A stretch of DNA of 64,000 nt from Candidatus Peregrinibacteria bacterium (lineage in GTDB: Bacteria; Patescibacteriota; Gracilibacteria; Peribacterales; Peribacteraceae): NCBI GenBank assembly GCA_016196295.1, contig JACPYA010000027.1, forward strand, positions 2,075 through 66,074, written 5' to 3'. Under the pieces are notes generated by a model that was not told the origin of the DNA, made no database searches, and worked only from the letters and a program-made list of their open reading frames with translations. Within the stretch, counting starts at the first letter, position 1; each line of letters opens with the position of its first letter. The position numbers and the translations under genes are program-made. Positions 28,574-37,203 of the stretch are shown piece by piece.

Positions 28574-30946
28574 CTACCGCAACCAGATGGACTTTTCCGG
28601 GGCGAGGAGGAGTGCGATGGAATCACGCAGGAGTATGGCGTAGGAGAAGCGCAGTGTCACACGGTGATCGCCGGGAGAGAGCGGAATGGCGAAGAACAGA
28701 CTCTGTGCCAGGGCGGGTTCCACTTCCTTCTGGTCGACCAATACTTTCCAGCCTGGAAGGTAATTCTTCAGAAGGATGAGCCATTGTTCTCCCGCAGCAT
28801 GCGTCTGAAGAACGAATGCCGTCGGTGCGTACTGGAGCAGCTTGAGGGTTCCTTGCTTCGAAGGGATGAACGTGCCCTCGCATCCTTCGCATTCCACGAA
28901 TGTACGATTCGACGGCCACGGTTCGGCAAGCATGTCTCGGTAGACCCTATCCGCATTCGGTTTGCGGAATGCGATCTGCTCGGCGAGGTACGTCAGGGGA
29001 TGAGCGGTCGGGTTGTAGTACGCTATCCGAGGAATAATGACTTCCTGGAGGGGAATCCCTGTCCTTTTACTATAGATAATCCCGGTGACGCTCGACGTGG
29101 CCAGTTCCTCAAATTGCTTTGGATCGAGCTCAAAATTGATGAGGAGATGCGTGATCCCGAGGGCATCGAGCACGAAGTGTCTCTTCTGAAAGAGCGCGAC
29201 TTTCTCTTCGTCGCGGAGCGCGTCATTTGCAGCGAGCGCGTCCTCGGCCGGGATGCGCAGCTTTTCCGACCCGACGGCAGCCAAGAGATACCCGACGCGC
29301 CGCGTGTGGAGCGGTTCGTAGATATCCGCCGTCGGGAGCTCCAGAAAAATATTCTGGTTGGGCTCCAAAAGGGCGGATGATACGGAGGTCAAGAGCCCGA
29401 TAATCGATGACAGCGTCTCGCCGGTTTCAAAAAATTGTTTGCTGTATTTGAGGCTCATGAATGGACTTAAGATCTGCGTATAGTTCGAGGGATCGGGGGC
29501 CAGATTCGGGAGCCTCAAAGAAGAACGCGGAGTGAGCCAATTTTGCATGAGAGGCGCATAGGCGAGGAACAGGGTCATCGCCCCGGTGATGACGAGGATG
29601 CGCGGTTGTAACTTGTGCAAATGCTTCCAGAGGGATGGCAAAAGGATCAAGCCGACAAGGACTGCGACAAAAAGAGTCATGATGTTCGAGGCGAAATCGA
29701 GATTCCACGCAATCATGAACGTTTTTGTTTTCATCGGTGCGATCTTCCAGGAAGCAGCGAGCAAGCCCAGAGGCGTCAAGCAGAGGAGCGCGATGATGCG
29801 CTGATACGTCTTCGGTATCCCTTTGATCAGGCTGTCGAATCCGAGAGCGATGAGCGGCAAGGTCGCCAGTTTGCCGAGGAAGATCCACCTAGATGGCGCG
29901 CCCAATGCGGTATAGAGAGGGAGATGCAAGAGAAGCGGGCGCAGCAACATCGGCGCCGCCGCAAGAAGCAGGCTCACGCCGATGACACCGAGGCAGAATT
30001 TCACGAGAGGGCGTTTTCGATGCGCGGCGATCGCGACAAGCACGCAGATGAGCGGCAAGAGACCGATGAACGCCATCACTTCCACGCTGCCGCCAATGTG
30101 CGGCGTGCGCGGTTCCGTGAATAGGAGATGAAACGGGAGGTTCCACCCGATCGTGCCGAGCGTCGTCAGCATCGAGTCGTCCGTGCGCATCGAGAGAGCG
30201 CTGTACGCGAGAATCGGAATGAAACGAAGGAGCCCGATGCACCCGCTGACGAGCACGATAATGGAAAAACGCTTCACGACTGGCACCCTCCATAAGCGTC
30301 GATCGATGGTGCTCCCGCACGCGACGACGGTGATACCCACGGCAAGGAGCGCGATGACGGTGTAGTGCGGAAATCCGCTGAGGAGCAACATGCTCATGAG
30401 CAGCACTCCCGCCGGATACCGAATGAACGGCTTGATCTTCTCTCGAATGAGGAGAAGAACCAGCGGCGGGATCGCGAGCGCGATGAGTGCGACGCTGGGA
30501 TTCAGGATCCACGGCCAGAGCGAGAGCGCAAAGACGAGCCCCGTCAAAAAACTCGCTTCCCGGGAAAATCCCCATTGCCGAAACAAAATCATGCAGAACC
30601 ATCCTCCGAGGATGAGGCTCACAGCGACCGTCCAGTGCGTTGCATCAAACGCCGAGAGGAAGGTGAGGAAGAATGTGAGGACGGGATTCCACACGTAGCC
30701 GTCCGTGAGAAAGCTGGGAAATCCAAATCCATTCAGATTGTTCCAGAGAGCGTCGCCTGTCCAGAGGCGCTGGTCGAGGAGCGAGACGAGCGGATACACC
30801 AGCGTTCGAATGTCTTTATTCGCGAAGATGAAATCCAAAAAAAGCAACGGCGCGAAAAGGATGCCGAAGAACGCGACGTAGCCGAGAAGCCACGTCAATC
30901 TGCGAAAGAGAGTGCGACCGTCCATCATCGCGCGGTAGAGTAACAT
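28574..30946 (-). CDS. large polytopic membrane protein, YfhO-like (GT-C type) candidate
   Basis: 790 aa with >10 TM helices in the N-terminal two thirds, an ALWNNLNGFGFP motif as in YfhO, and a C-terminal extracytoplasmic domain. Confidence 0.5.
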   Translation of the reverse strand: MLLYRAMMDGRTLFRRLTWLLGYVAFFGILFAPLLFLDFIFANKDIRTLVYPLVSLLDQRLWTGDALWNNLNGFGFPSFLTDGYVWNPVLTFFLTFLSAFDATHWTVAVSLILGGWFCMILFRQWGFSREASFLTGLVFALSLWPWILNPSVALIALAIPPLVLLLIREKIKPFIRYPAGVLLMSMLLLSGFPHYTVIALLAVGITVVACGSTIDRRLWRVPVVKRFSIIVLVSGCIGLLRFIPILAYSALSMRTDDSMLTTLGTIGWNLPFHLLFTEPRTPHIGGSVEVMAFIGLLPLICVLVAIAAHRKRPLVKFCLGVIGVSLLLAAAPMLLRPLLLHLPLYTALGAPSRWIFLGKLATLPLIALGFDSLIKGIPKTYQRIIALLCLTPLGLLAASWKIAPMKTKTFMIAWNLDFASNIMTLFVAVLVGLILLPSLWKHLHKLQPRILVITGAMTLFLAYAPLMQNWLTPRSSLRLPNLAPDPSNYTQILSPFMSLKYSKQFFETGETLSSIIGLLTSVSSALLEPNQNIFLELPTADIYEPLHTRRVGYLLAAVGSEKLRIPAEDALAANDALRDEEKVALFQKRHFVLDALGITHLLINFELDPKQFEELATSSVTGIIYSKRTGIPLQEVIIPRIAYYNPTAHPLTYLAEQIAFRKPNADRVYRDMLAEPWPSNRTFVECEGCEGTFIPSKQGTLKLLQYAPTAFVLQTHAAGEQWLILLKNYLPGWKVLVDQKEVEPALAQSLFFAIPLSPGDHRVTLRFSYAILLRDSIALLLAPEKSIWLR

Positions 30947-31048
30947 GACCAGCCGAATACGCCTTCCGGTTCTTGGGGCAGCATTGAGGAAGACGCCAAA
31001 TTACAATACAATATTCATAGGTTTATCAAGTTCTCTGTCAGCATTCGT

Positions 31049-31134
31049 GGGTCGGTACCGAAGTGGTCAAACGGGGCAGACTGTAAATCTGCTGCCTTAC
31101 GGCTTCGCTGGTTCGAGTCCAGCCCGGCCCACCA
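31049..31134 (+). tRNA. tRNA-Tyr (anticodon GTA), type II with long variable arm, CCA encoded
   Basis: Folded by hand: acceptor GGGTCGG/CCGGCCC, anticodon stem GCAGA/TCTGC with loop CTGTAAA, T-arm GCTGG-TTCGAGT-CCAGC. Confidence 0.9.
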
Positions 31135-31135
31135 A

Positions 31136-31474
31136 TTATAAAGATGGAGACTTCGCCTCAAGCTCAAGAATCTGTGCGATTGAACGGATAATTTCGTCAC
31201 GATTTTCCTCGATGACTTTCGCCCGCAAGCCTGTGAGGCAAAGACGAGCGATGCAAGCTCCATTTAGAGTCGTGGAGAGTTTCAGTGGTGCGACAATTTC
31301 CGTCATGTGATCCCTTCGCATGTCTCGTAGACCAATGGTTATACCCTGTGGCCTCCATATGTTATAGAGGCTCGCGAGCTTGCCATAGACCTGAAGGACA
31401 TCGCGATGATCGAGATAGCCCTCGGGAATTTCAAATTCACAGGGTTCGATGCTGGTTGATTCCCATTCATTCAT
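31136..31474 (-). CDS. hypothetical protein
   Basis: 113-aa ORF from MNEWEST, wedged between tRNA-Tyr and the IS30 element. No recognised family. Confidence 0.4.
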   Translation of the reverse strand: MNEWESTSIEPCEFEIPEGYLDHRDVLQVYGKLASLYNIWRPQGITIGLRDMRRDHMTEIVAPLKLSTTLNGACIARLCLTGLRAKVIEENRDEIIRSIAQILELEAKSPSL

Positions 31475-31524
31475 AAAATTATAATACAATAATTTTCTTA
31501 ATAGTAAATAGTCGGTACCCGAAA

Positions 31525-32633
31525 ATTCAGATCTGAAACGCATAACGGGGAAGGGCACGGAGCGTAGCGGAGTGCCCTTCCCCGGGAATCTCATCGAAGT
31601 ACGGTACGGGAGCTCATTACTTCCCCCATACCGTATGGCCCACCTTACCCTCACGCAGCGGGAGCTGCTGTACACGCTTCATTGGAAGCGCAGAACCCAA
31701 GAAGAGATTGCAGATGCTCTCGGTTGCTCTCAGTCCACGGTCAGCCGTGAACTCGTGCGCAACAAAGCCGGGCCTCGACTCCGATACCTGCCCGATCGCG
31801 CCGATGAGATTGCCCGAGAGCGGCGAGTCACAGCGAAAGCCGACGGTGTACGGTGGTTCGATCATGCCATGTTGTTCGCCTACGTGCGTGCGAAATTGGA
31901 ACTGAAGTGGAGCCCGCAGCAGATTGCCGGACGCATCAAGCGGGACTTCCCTCGCAACGGAGCAATGCGCGTCAGTCACTTTTCCATCTACGCGTACCTC
32001 TGGAACGATCGGTGGAGCGGAGGTGAGCTCTACAAGCACCTTCGTAATCGGGGAAGGAAGCGGAAATGGTACGGTATGGCAGATGGCCGCAGACAAATCA
32101 CCATTCCGAACCGCCGTTCCATCGACGAGCGTCCGAAGATCGTGGACGCGAAGAAGCGCTACGGCGATTGGGAGAGCGACCTTGTCGTTGGCAACGGAGC
32201 CATCGCGACGTTCGTCGAGCGGAAATCCAAATTGCTCCGTGCCGCCCTCCTGCCCGATCAGACAGCTTTGGAAATGACGAAGGGCGCACGGAAAGCATTC
32301 AGCGATATTCCATCAGCATGGCGGCGCACGATGACACATGACAACGGGCGAGAGATCGCAGATCATGAAACAATCACGAAGGATCTCTCGCTCATCGTGT
32401 ACTGTGCGCATCCCTACCGCTCCTGCGAACGCGGGTTGAATGAAAATACGAATGGGTTGCTTCGGCAGTTTTTTCCGAAGAAGACGGATTTTCAAACCAT
32501 CACGCACGAGCAAGTTGCATTCGCCGTCGATCTCCTCAACAATCGTCCTCGTCGAACCCTGAAGTACCGGACTCCGAATGAGATTTTCCAGAAGTACATT
32601 ACACAACATTATGCGTTTCAAGTCCTAATGTAG
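31525..32633 (+). mobile_element. IS30-family insertion sequence
   Basis: Imperfect terminal inverted repeats: ATTCAGATCTGAAACGCATAA (31525-31545) and TTATGCGTTTCAAGTCCTAAT (32609-32629), with a 12-nt identical core. Single DDE transposase ORF. ~1.1 kb. Confidence 0.7.
31635..32633 (+). CDS. IS30 family transposase
   Basis: HTH CSQSTVSRELVRNK and DDE region WESDLVVG ... THDNGREIADHE ... NENTNGLLRQFFPK. Confidence 0.9.
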   Translation: MAHLTLTQRELLYTLHWKRRTQEEIADALGCSQSTVSRELVRNKAGPRLRYLPDRADEIARERRVTAKADGVRWFDHAMLFAYVRAKLELKWSPQQIAGRIKRDFPRNGAMRVSHFSIYAYLWNDRWSGGELYKHLRNRGRKRKWYGMADGRRQITIPNRRSIDERPKIVDAKKRYGDWESDLVVGNGAIATFVERKSKLLRAALLPDQTALEMTKGARKAFSDIPSAWRRTMTHDNGREIADHETITKDLSLIVYCAHPYRSCERGLNENTNGLLRQFFPKKTDFQTITHEQVAFAVDLLNNRPRRTLKYRTPNEIFQKYITQHYAFQVLM

Positions 32634-32682
32634 GGCCAGCCACCCCGCGAGTGCGGGGTGACCGGCTGCCGGCGTTGCTGCC

Positions 32683-33066
32683 TTAGGAGGCACGTTTCAG
32701 TTCCTCCAATCCCTGTTCTTCGTTGTCGCGGATAGGGATCACCCTTTCGAGGCGTGTGATTTCCATGACCTTCCTCATGCCCTCCTCGACGTTCGAAAGA
32801 ACCAACTTGCGATTGCTGAGCCTCATTCCTCGCTCAAGTGTCACAAGCGGCCCGAGCATTGCGGTAGACATGAACCCTACTTCCTTAAATGTGATCAAGA
32901 CCCCGCGGCAATTTGGCTCATGGATCAGGTCCAAGAGCCATGCGCGCATGCCTTGAATGGTATCCTCCGCTAGGATTTTCCCTTCTTTAGGAGTAGGAGT
33001 GACGACGAGGAAGCCGTCCCTCTCTTCCGTTCTGAATAATTCGCTGGGTTCCATTAGTTCCTCCAT
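32683..33066 (-). CDS. STAS-domain protein (anti-sigma-factor-antagonist-like)
   Basis: GFLVVTPTPKEGKILAEDTIQGMRAWLLD ... ITFKEVGFMSTAMLGPL fits the SpoIIAA/STAS pattern. Start taken at MEELMEP. Confidence 0.6.
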   Translation of the reverse strand: MEELMEPSELFRTEERDGFLVVTPTPKEGKILAEDTIQGMRAWLLDLIHEPNCRGVLITFKEVGFMSTAMLGPLVTLERGMRLSNRKLVLSNVEEGMRKVMEITRLERVIPIRDNEEQGLEELKRAS

Positions 33067-33103
33067 TGAAGCTGACGGGTGAACAACTAAACGTTTACAA
33101 CTG

Positions 33104-33481
33104 CTAAGTGAGCTGTGGTTGCCGCAGGAACTCCAGTCCCTCCTCCTTGGTTTCTTTGAATTCAAACATCCTGTAGAGGTGTGTGAGAAGGAACGACTCG
33201 TATATCTCTGTACAGACGGCCGTGAAGACGTGCTTGCGCCTTGTTGCCTTCATCTTCTTATCGAAGGTAATCAACTTTCCAAAGAAGGCTGAAGACACGA
33301 ACGTGACCTTGCTCCAATCAAGCAGTACGGCACGTACGCCCTGTCTCTCCGTCAGCTCGAACAGTATGGCACCCATTTCCTGTATGATGCCTTCGTCGAG
33401 AATCCTTCTTTCTTCGATCTCGACGATAGCAATGCCATCACGCAGCTCGATCGAATAGTGATCCCGCTTAGGTTGGATCAT
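33104..33481 (-). CDS. STAS-domain protein (anti-sigma-factor-antagonist-like)
   Basis: DGIAIVEIEERRILDEGIIQEMGAILFEL ... LDWSKVTFVSSAFFGKL. Start taken at MIQPKRD. Confidence 0.6.
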   Translation of the reverse strand: MIQPKRDHYSIELRDGIAIVEIEERRILDEGIIQEMGAILFELTERQGVRAVLLDWSKVTFVSSAFFGKLITFDKKMKATRRKHVFTAVCTEIYESFLLTHLYRMFEFKETKEEGLEFLRQPQLT

Positions 33482-33647
33482 ATTTTTTTTCCTCCGGTGA
33501 AAACAAAGGTCAGCGGTAACAGTTTTGCAGAACGCCTGCTCTATCACTGTACTGCGAAGATTGTGCCTGTCAAAGAAACAGAAATGGCTTCCGGCAGGTC
33601 TGAAGTCCTATTGGAGCCCATGCCGGAGGAACTCCACTGTAATATCG

Positions 33648-33661
33648 CGGGGAGCTCCCCG
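33648..33661. promoter_or_regulatory. 14-bp perfect palindrome CGGGGAG|CTCCCCG upstream of a secreted-protein gene
   Basis: Read directly. It lies 42 nt upstream of the ATG at 33703 and has the same GGGGA..TCCCC core as 13902-13917. Confidence 0.35.
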
Positions 33662-33702
33662 TCACACAGGGCAATCCCCCTATTTCTTACCCCACATTTT
33701 TT

Positions 33703-34245
33703 ATGAAAAGACTGATAGCCGCAGGCGTCGCAGTGCTCGCACTCGGGTCGTCCGCGCTCCCTGCGCTCGCGGATGAGAGCTCTTCGTCGGCGTCGTCTGT
33801 ATCTTCTTCCTCCGCATCGAGCACGTCATCGCTCTCGACGAAGCAGCAGATCAAGGCGGAGATCAAAGCGCGAAAAGAAGCACTCAAACTCGAAATCAAA
33901 TCCCACAGAGAGAACCGCGCTGCGAATGGACCGTGCATGCAGACCGCCATCGACAAGCGAGACACGGCCGTGATCGCAGCTGTGACTGCCCAGAACACGT
34001 CATGGATCCGCTCACTCGAGGTGCGCAAAGAAGCACTCAAGACTGCGTGGGGTCTCACGGATGCAAGTGCGCGCAAGACAGCATTGAAAAATGCGTGGTC
34101 TACGTATCGCGCGAGCCGCAAGGAGACGCGCGCGAAGTTCCGAAATGATCGAAAGGCTGCCTGGAAGCAGTTCAAGACCGATGCCAAGGCCTGCAATGCC
34201 CGAGGCAGCGGGGAAGAGGGCATGGAGATGGATGATAATCCGTAA
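33703..34245 (+). CDS. secreted hypothetical protein (signal peptide, Ser-rich linker, Lys/Ala-rich helical region)
   Basis: MKRLIAAGVAVLALGSSALPALA signal peptide. The 200-aa ORF on the opposite strand is treated as a shadow. Confidence 0.55.
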   Translation: MKRLIAAGVAVLALGSSALPALADESSSSASSVSSSSASSTSSLSTKQQIKAEIKARKEALKLEIKSHRENRAANGPCMQTAIDKRDTAVIAAVTAQNTSWIRSLEVRKEALKTAWGLTDASARKTALKNAWSTYRASRKETRAKFRNDRKAAWKQFKTDAKACNARGSGEEGMEMDDNP

Positions 34246-34249
34246 GGCA

Positions 34250-34333
34250 CGAAGGTACAGAACGTAATGAATGTAAGGAAGGTGGGCACTTCAAAAGGTC
34301 ACCTTCCTTACATTCCGTACCTCGTTACTTTCC
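34250..34333. repeat. intergenic palindrome: 16-bp perfect stem GAATGTAAGGAAGGTG (34269-34284) / CACCTTCCTTACATTC (34300-34315), flanked by degenerate GTAA/TTAC-containing repeats
   Basis: Read directly. It fills the gap between the stop codons of two convergent genes. Confidence 0.85.
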
Positions 34334-35302
34334 TTACTTTATCCTTTGGAATGACCTTCGTGTCACCCACGCGAGCATACCGATGCTGAGAATCGAGACG
34401 ATCCAAAGTGCGGGTCCCGCGTCCGTCGTCCTGTATGGCTTGAAGCCAGGCCGAGAGATGAGCGGTGCGCCGCCATGGAGCGGTTCGCCGGCTTCGTTGA
34501 AGGGGTGCTCCGTGTCACTGCCGACTTTATAGGGGTTGTAGGGGAGGATTCCTTCCTGATCGACCGCCGTTTCGTCCTCCGCATCCGAAAGAGCTCCGAT
34601 CGGCGCGAGCGGGTCGCTTGAGTCGATGGTCTCTTCCTGGTCGTCCGGGGCCAGCAGGACTTCCTCGGCCTCGGATTCCTCTTGGATGAATTCCTCGTCT
34701 GCAAATTCCTCATTTTCAAATTCCTCGAAGGATTCCGGCTTATCATCCAGTGCGAGCGGTGCGCTGCCGCGCCGGCCCTCGGCGATCACATTGATCTCTC
34801 CGTAGACATCGACGGACGTCGTCGAGAGGTAGCTGTGGCGGCCTGGTTCCTGCACGTCGGAGATCGTAAATTCCTCCTCGCTGCCCGGGAAAATCGCGGG
34901 GGTGTAGAGAAACGATCCGTTCTCGCCGAGGAGCGTTTCAGACTCTAAGATATGCGGGATCTCCTGCTCGTTGATCCAGACGATCGTCTGTCCCGGCGCT
35001 GCATCCAGGGTGCGCGGCACGATGCCGTCCTCCGTGATGCGGATCTCGATCGCGGTCTCGATTGCCTTCGCGGGGATGCCCGGGATTTGCCCCATGAGGC
35101 TATCGGTCGCGCCGAGGGCGGAGACTCCCACGGCGACCGTCAGGACGATGCCGATGATTGCGGCGGGCATGCGCGAGACGCGCTGACTGCCCACGCGGAT
35201 CTTCACAGCCGTTTTGGCCGGTGCGTGCTGCTCGTGCGCGGGAGACGAAGCGCGCTGCTCGTCACCGGTCGAGAGCCAGTCGGGGGAGAGGTCCTCTCTC
35301 AT
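34334..35302 (-). CDS. membrane protein with cupredoxin-like domain (no obvious Cu ligands) and C-terminal TM anchor
   Basis: N-terminal TM, APGQTIVWINEQEIPHIL ... GRHSYLSTTSVDVYGEINV beta-sandwich pattern, acidic linker, and C-terminal ALWIVSILSIGMLAWVTRRS. ATGA overlap with the upstream gene. Confidence 0.45.
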   Translation of the reverse strand: MREDLSPDWLSTGDEQRASSPAHEQHAPAKTAVKIRVGSQRVSRMPAAIIGIVLTVAVGVSALGATDSLMGQIPGIPAKAIETAIEIRITEDGIVPRTLDAAPGQTIVWINEQEIPHILESETLLGENGSFLYTPAIFPGSEEEFTISDVQEPGRHSYLSTTSVDVYGEINVIAEGRRGSAPLALDDKPESFEEFENEEFADEEFIQEESEAEEVLLAPDDQEETIDSSDPLAPIGALSDAEDETAVDQEGILPYNPYKVGSDTEHPFNEAGEPLHGGAPLISRPGFKPYRTTDAGPALWIVSILSIGMLAWVTRRSFQRIK

Positions 35303-36648
35303 TTGTGGAAGGCGGAAACGGCGAGCTGCCTGCGAAACGCGAAGAGCGTTCCGATGATGGCGGAGGCGAGGATCAAGAGGAGGAGCGTAGACGAGAGTCC
35401 CGTCGCGCCCGGCGTGCCCGTAGGCGGCCTCTGGCCATCGACCGGGTTGCGTCCCTGCGGACCGCCGTCATCGATGATCTGGGCCAGCGGCGACGTGGAT
35501 GTCGCGGGATTGCCGACTTTCACGGCGACTTCCTGGCTGAATGCGCTCTCTTCGCTCTGCGCGTTCACCGCGCGGACCGCGACGTAATACGTCGTGTCCA
35601 GCGGCAACGCGCGGATCGCGAGGGTGTTCGATTCCTTCGGAAGGCTGCGGCGCTGCACGTAGCGGCCGGACTCGGCTCCGTAGTACACGTTGTATCCCTG
35701 GAGTTCCGAGGACGGCAGCGGTTCCCACGCGAGGTAGACGGTGCTGCCCTCCGTCGTGATCCGCAGATTTTGCACTTGGAGCAGAACGAAGGAAGAACGC
35801 TCAAGATCGATCGCCGTACTGGCTGCGCTCGATGCGGCCGCACTCGTCACGCTGCTCGGTGTTGCAGCGGAAACGACGGAAGATGCAGCTTCTGTGGAAG
35901 TCGTTCCCGGAAGAACCGCGAGCTGCGAGGCTGCGGCGGAACTTATGGCTGCAGTCGAAGCGGCAGCGCTGCTTGCTTGTGCCGTCGGCGCTTCGATGCG
36001 AATGACGAGCGAGCCGACGCCCGGGTGGAGCACGTTCTGCTCGCCCTGGCCGCTTGGGTCCGTGCGGGTCACGAGCGTGTGTCCCTGGAGTCCCGGAAGC
36101 ACGTCGTAATAGGAGATGACGGTCTTGCCTCCCTCCGGCACGGCCTTCACGAGGAACTGGATGCGCGCCACCGGGATGAACGGATCTTTCACGTCGGTCG
36201 CGCCTTCCGTGCTGACACCGACCTGCACGAATCCCTGGGTCGTATTGAAGTCGGCTTCTCCTGGCGTCACGACCGGGAAGCGGCGCCCGATCTCCACCTT
36301 CTTTCCTTCCAGGATGCTCGGGTCATAGGAGAGCCACGCGCGTGCCCGGCGGATGGGGAGGAACTTCTGGTTCTCGATGAGGATATCCATGTCGAGGATG
36401 CTCCCCGGAACGAGCACAGGCGTTTCCACCGTCACCGGATCTTTCACGGCGTACTGGGCGCACTCGCTCGGGTTCAGTTTCTCGCAGTGCGGGCGGATCT
36501 TCACGCGGACCGTTTCCTGCGGAGGTAGCTGCGGCTGGGGCTGGGGTTCCTGCGCACCCGTCAGGCCGATATTCGCCCAAAACACCGTCAGGGCTGCTGC
36601 AGCCGCGAAGGTACGGTGGGGCCTGCATGTGACACTCGTGAGCGTCAT
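35299..36648 (-). CDS. surface protein: cohesin-like domain + Ser/Ala linker + fibronectin type III domain + C-terminal TM anchor
   Basis: Cohesin-like pattern AWLSYDPSILEGKKVEIG ... PVARIQFLVKAVPEGGKTVISYYD. FN3: LAWEPLPSSELQGYNVYYG ... YYVAVRAVN. C-terminal LLLLILASAIIGTLFAFRRQ. Confidence 0.55.
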   Translation of the reverse strand: MTLTSVTCRPHRTFAAAAALTVFWANIGLTGAQEPQPQPQLPPQETVRVKIRPHCEKLNPSECAQYAVKDPVTVETPVLVPGSILDMDILIENQKFLPIRRARAWLSYDPSILEGKKVEIGRRFPVVTPGEADFNTTQGFVQVGVSTEGATDVKDPFIPVARIQFLVKAVPEGGKTVISYYDVLPGLQGHTLVTRTDPSGQGEQNVLHPGVGSLVIRIEAPTAQASSAAASTAAISSAAASQLAVLPGTTSTEAASSVVSAATPSSVTSAAASSAASTAIDLERSSFVLLQVQNLRITTEGSTVYLAWEPLPSSELQGYNVYYGAESGRYVQRRSLPKESNTLAIRALPLDTTYYVAVRAVNAQSEESAFSQEVAVKVGNPATSTSPLAQIIDDGGPQGRNPVDGQRPPTGTPGATGLSSTLLLLILASAIIGTLFAFRRQLAVSAFHK

Positions 36649-36655
36649 AGGAGGA

Positions 36656-37015
36656 TTAGCGGACGGCCAACGTGCGAAGGATGCGGAGCGCGTCTTCCAC
36701 CGTCAGCCGGTTGTCCCCGTTGGGGTCGGCCTTCAGCTGGAGCAGGGTCGGCATGTCGTAACCCTGCACGATCTCCAGGATGGCAATGGCATCCTGCAGA
36801 TCGAGCTCTCCGCTTCCATCGATGTCTCCCGACTGCGCGATCTCGCTCAGCGCGAGGCCGCTTTCCGTGATTTCGTCCGCTTGGATGGCGGCGAATGGGT
36901 GGATGTCCCCGGCGGTTTGCACGCCGACGACAAACGACCCCATCACGCAGACGAGCGCGAAGCCCGCAAGGCGCGCAAGACGGGAGGTGAAGAGGGAATG
37001 GATGTGTGTGTTCAT
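36656..37015 (-). CDS. small membrane-anchored dockerin-domain protein
   Basis: N-terminal TM, then a duplicated Ca-binding dockerin repeat: GDIDGSGELDLQDAIAIL and ADPNGDNRLTVEDALRIL. Confidence 0.6.
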   Translation of the reverse strand: MNTHIHSLFTSRLARLAGFALVCVMGSFVVGVQTAGDIHPFAAIQADEITESGLALSEIAQSGDIDGSGELDLQDAIAILEIVQGYDMPTLLQLKADPNGDNRLTVEDALRILRTLAVR

Positions 37016-37070
37016 TTCTCCTTATTATACGTCAAAAATCCATTTTTCTCCATCGTCCATACTTGAAGAA

Positions 37071-37163
37071 TTGCTACATTGTGACATTGTTAAATTGTAA
37101 GTTTTCCTTTCCTGTAAGCCATAAAGTCCACATCTTGGAACAATGTAACAGTGTAACAATGCC
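37071..37163. repeat. inverted octamer arrays: (aATTGCTA CATTGTGA CATTGTTA AATTGTAA) ... (gGAACAAT GTAACAGT GTAACAAT)
   Basis: Same family as 9404-9515. It lies in the divergent intergenic region between the dockerin gene and holA. Confidence 0.9.
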
Positions 37164-37203
37164 GACTTTTGCGATGTAAGTCACCTCCGGAAGCCGTTAT
37201 AGT

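Noticed and set aside
17690-31028. Extra copies of the AGGTTTAT(T/C) nonamer at 17690-17698 and 31020-31028, as dispersed members of the 38180-38259 element.
   Set aside because: These are single occurrences with no inverted partner. About 0.5 chance hits for a 9-mer are expected in 64 kb on both strands.
31136-31474. R-x5-H (LRDMRRDHM) in the orphan protein as a HEPN nuclease motif, suggesting a toxin.
   Set aside because: The N-terminal half looks beta-rich rather than all-helical. No adjacent antitoxin or MNT partner is present, and a single short motif is not sufficient evidence.
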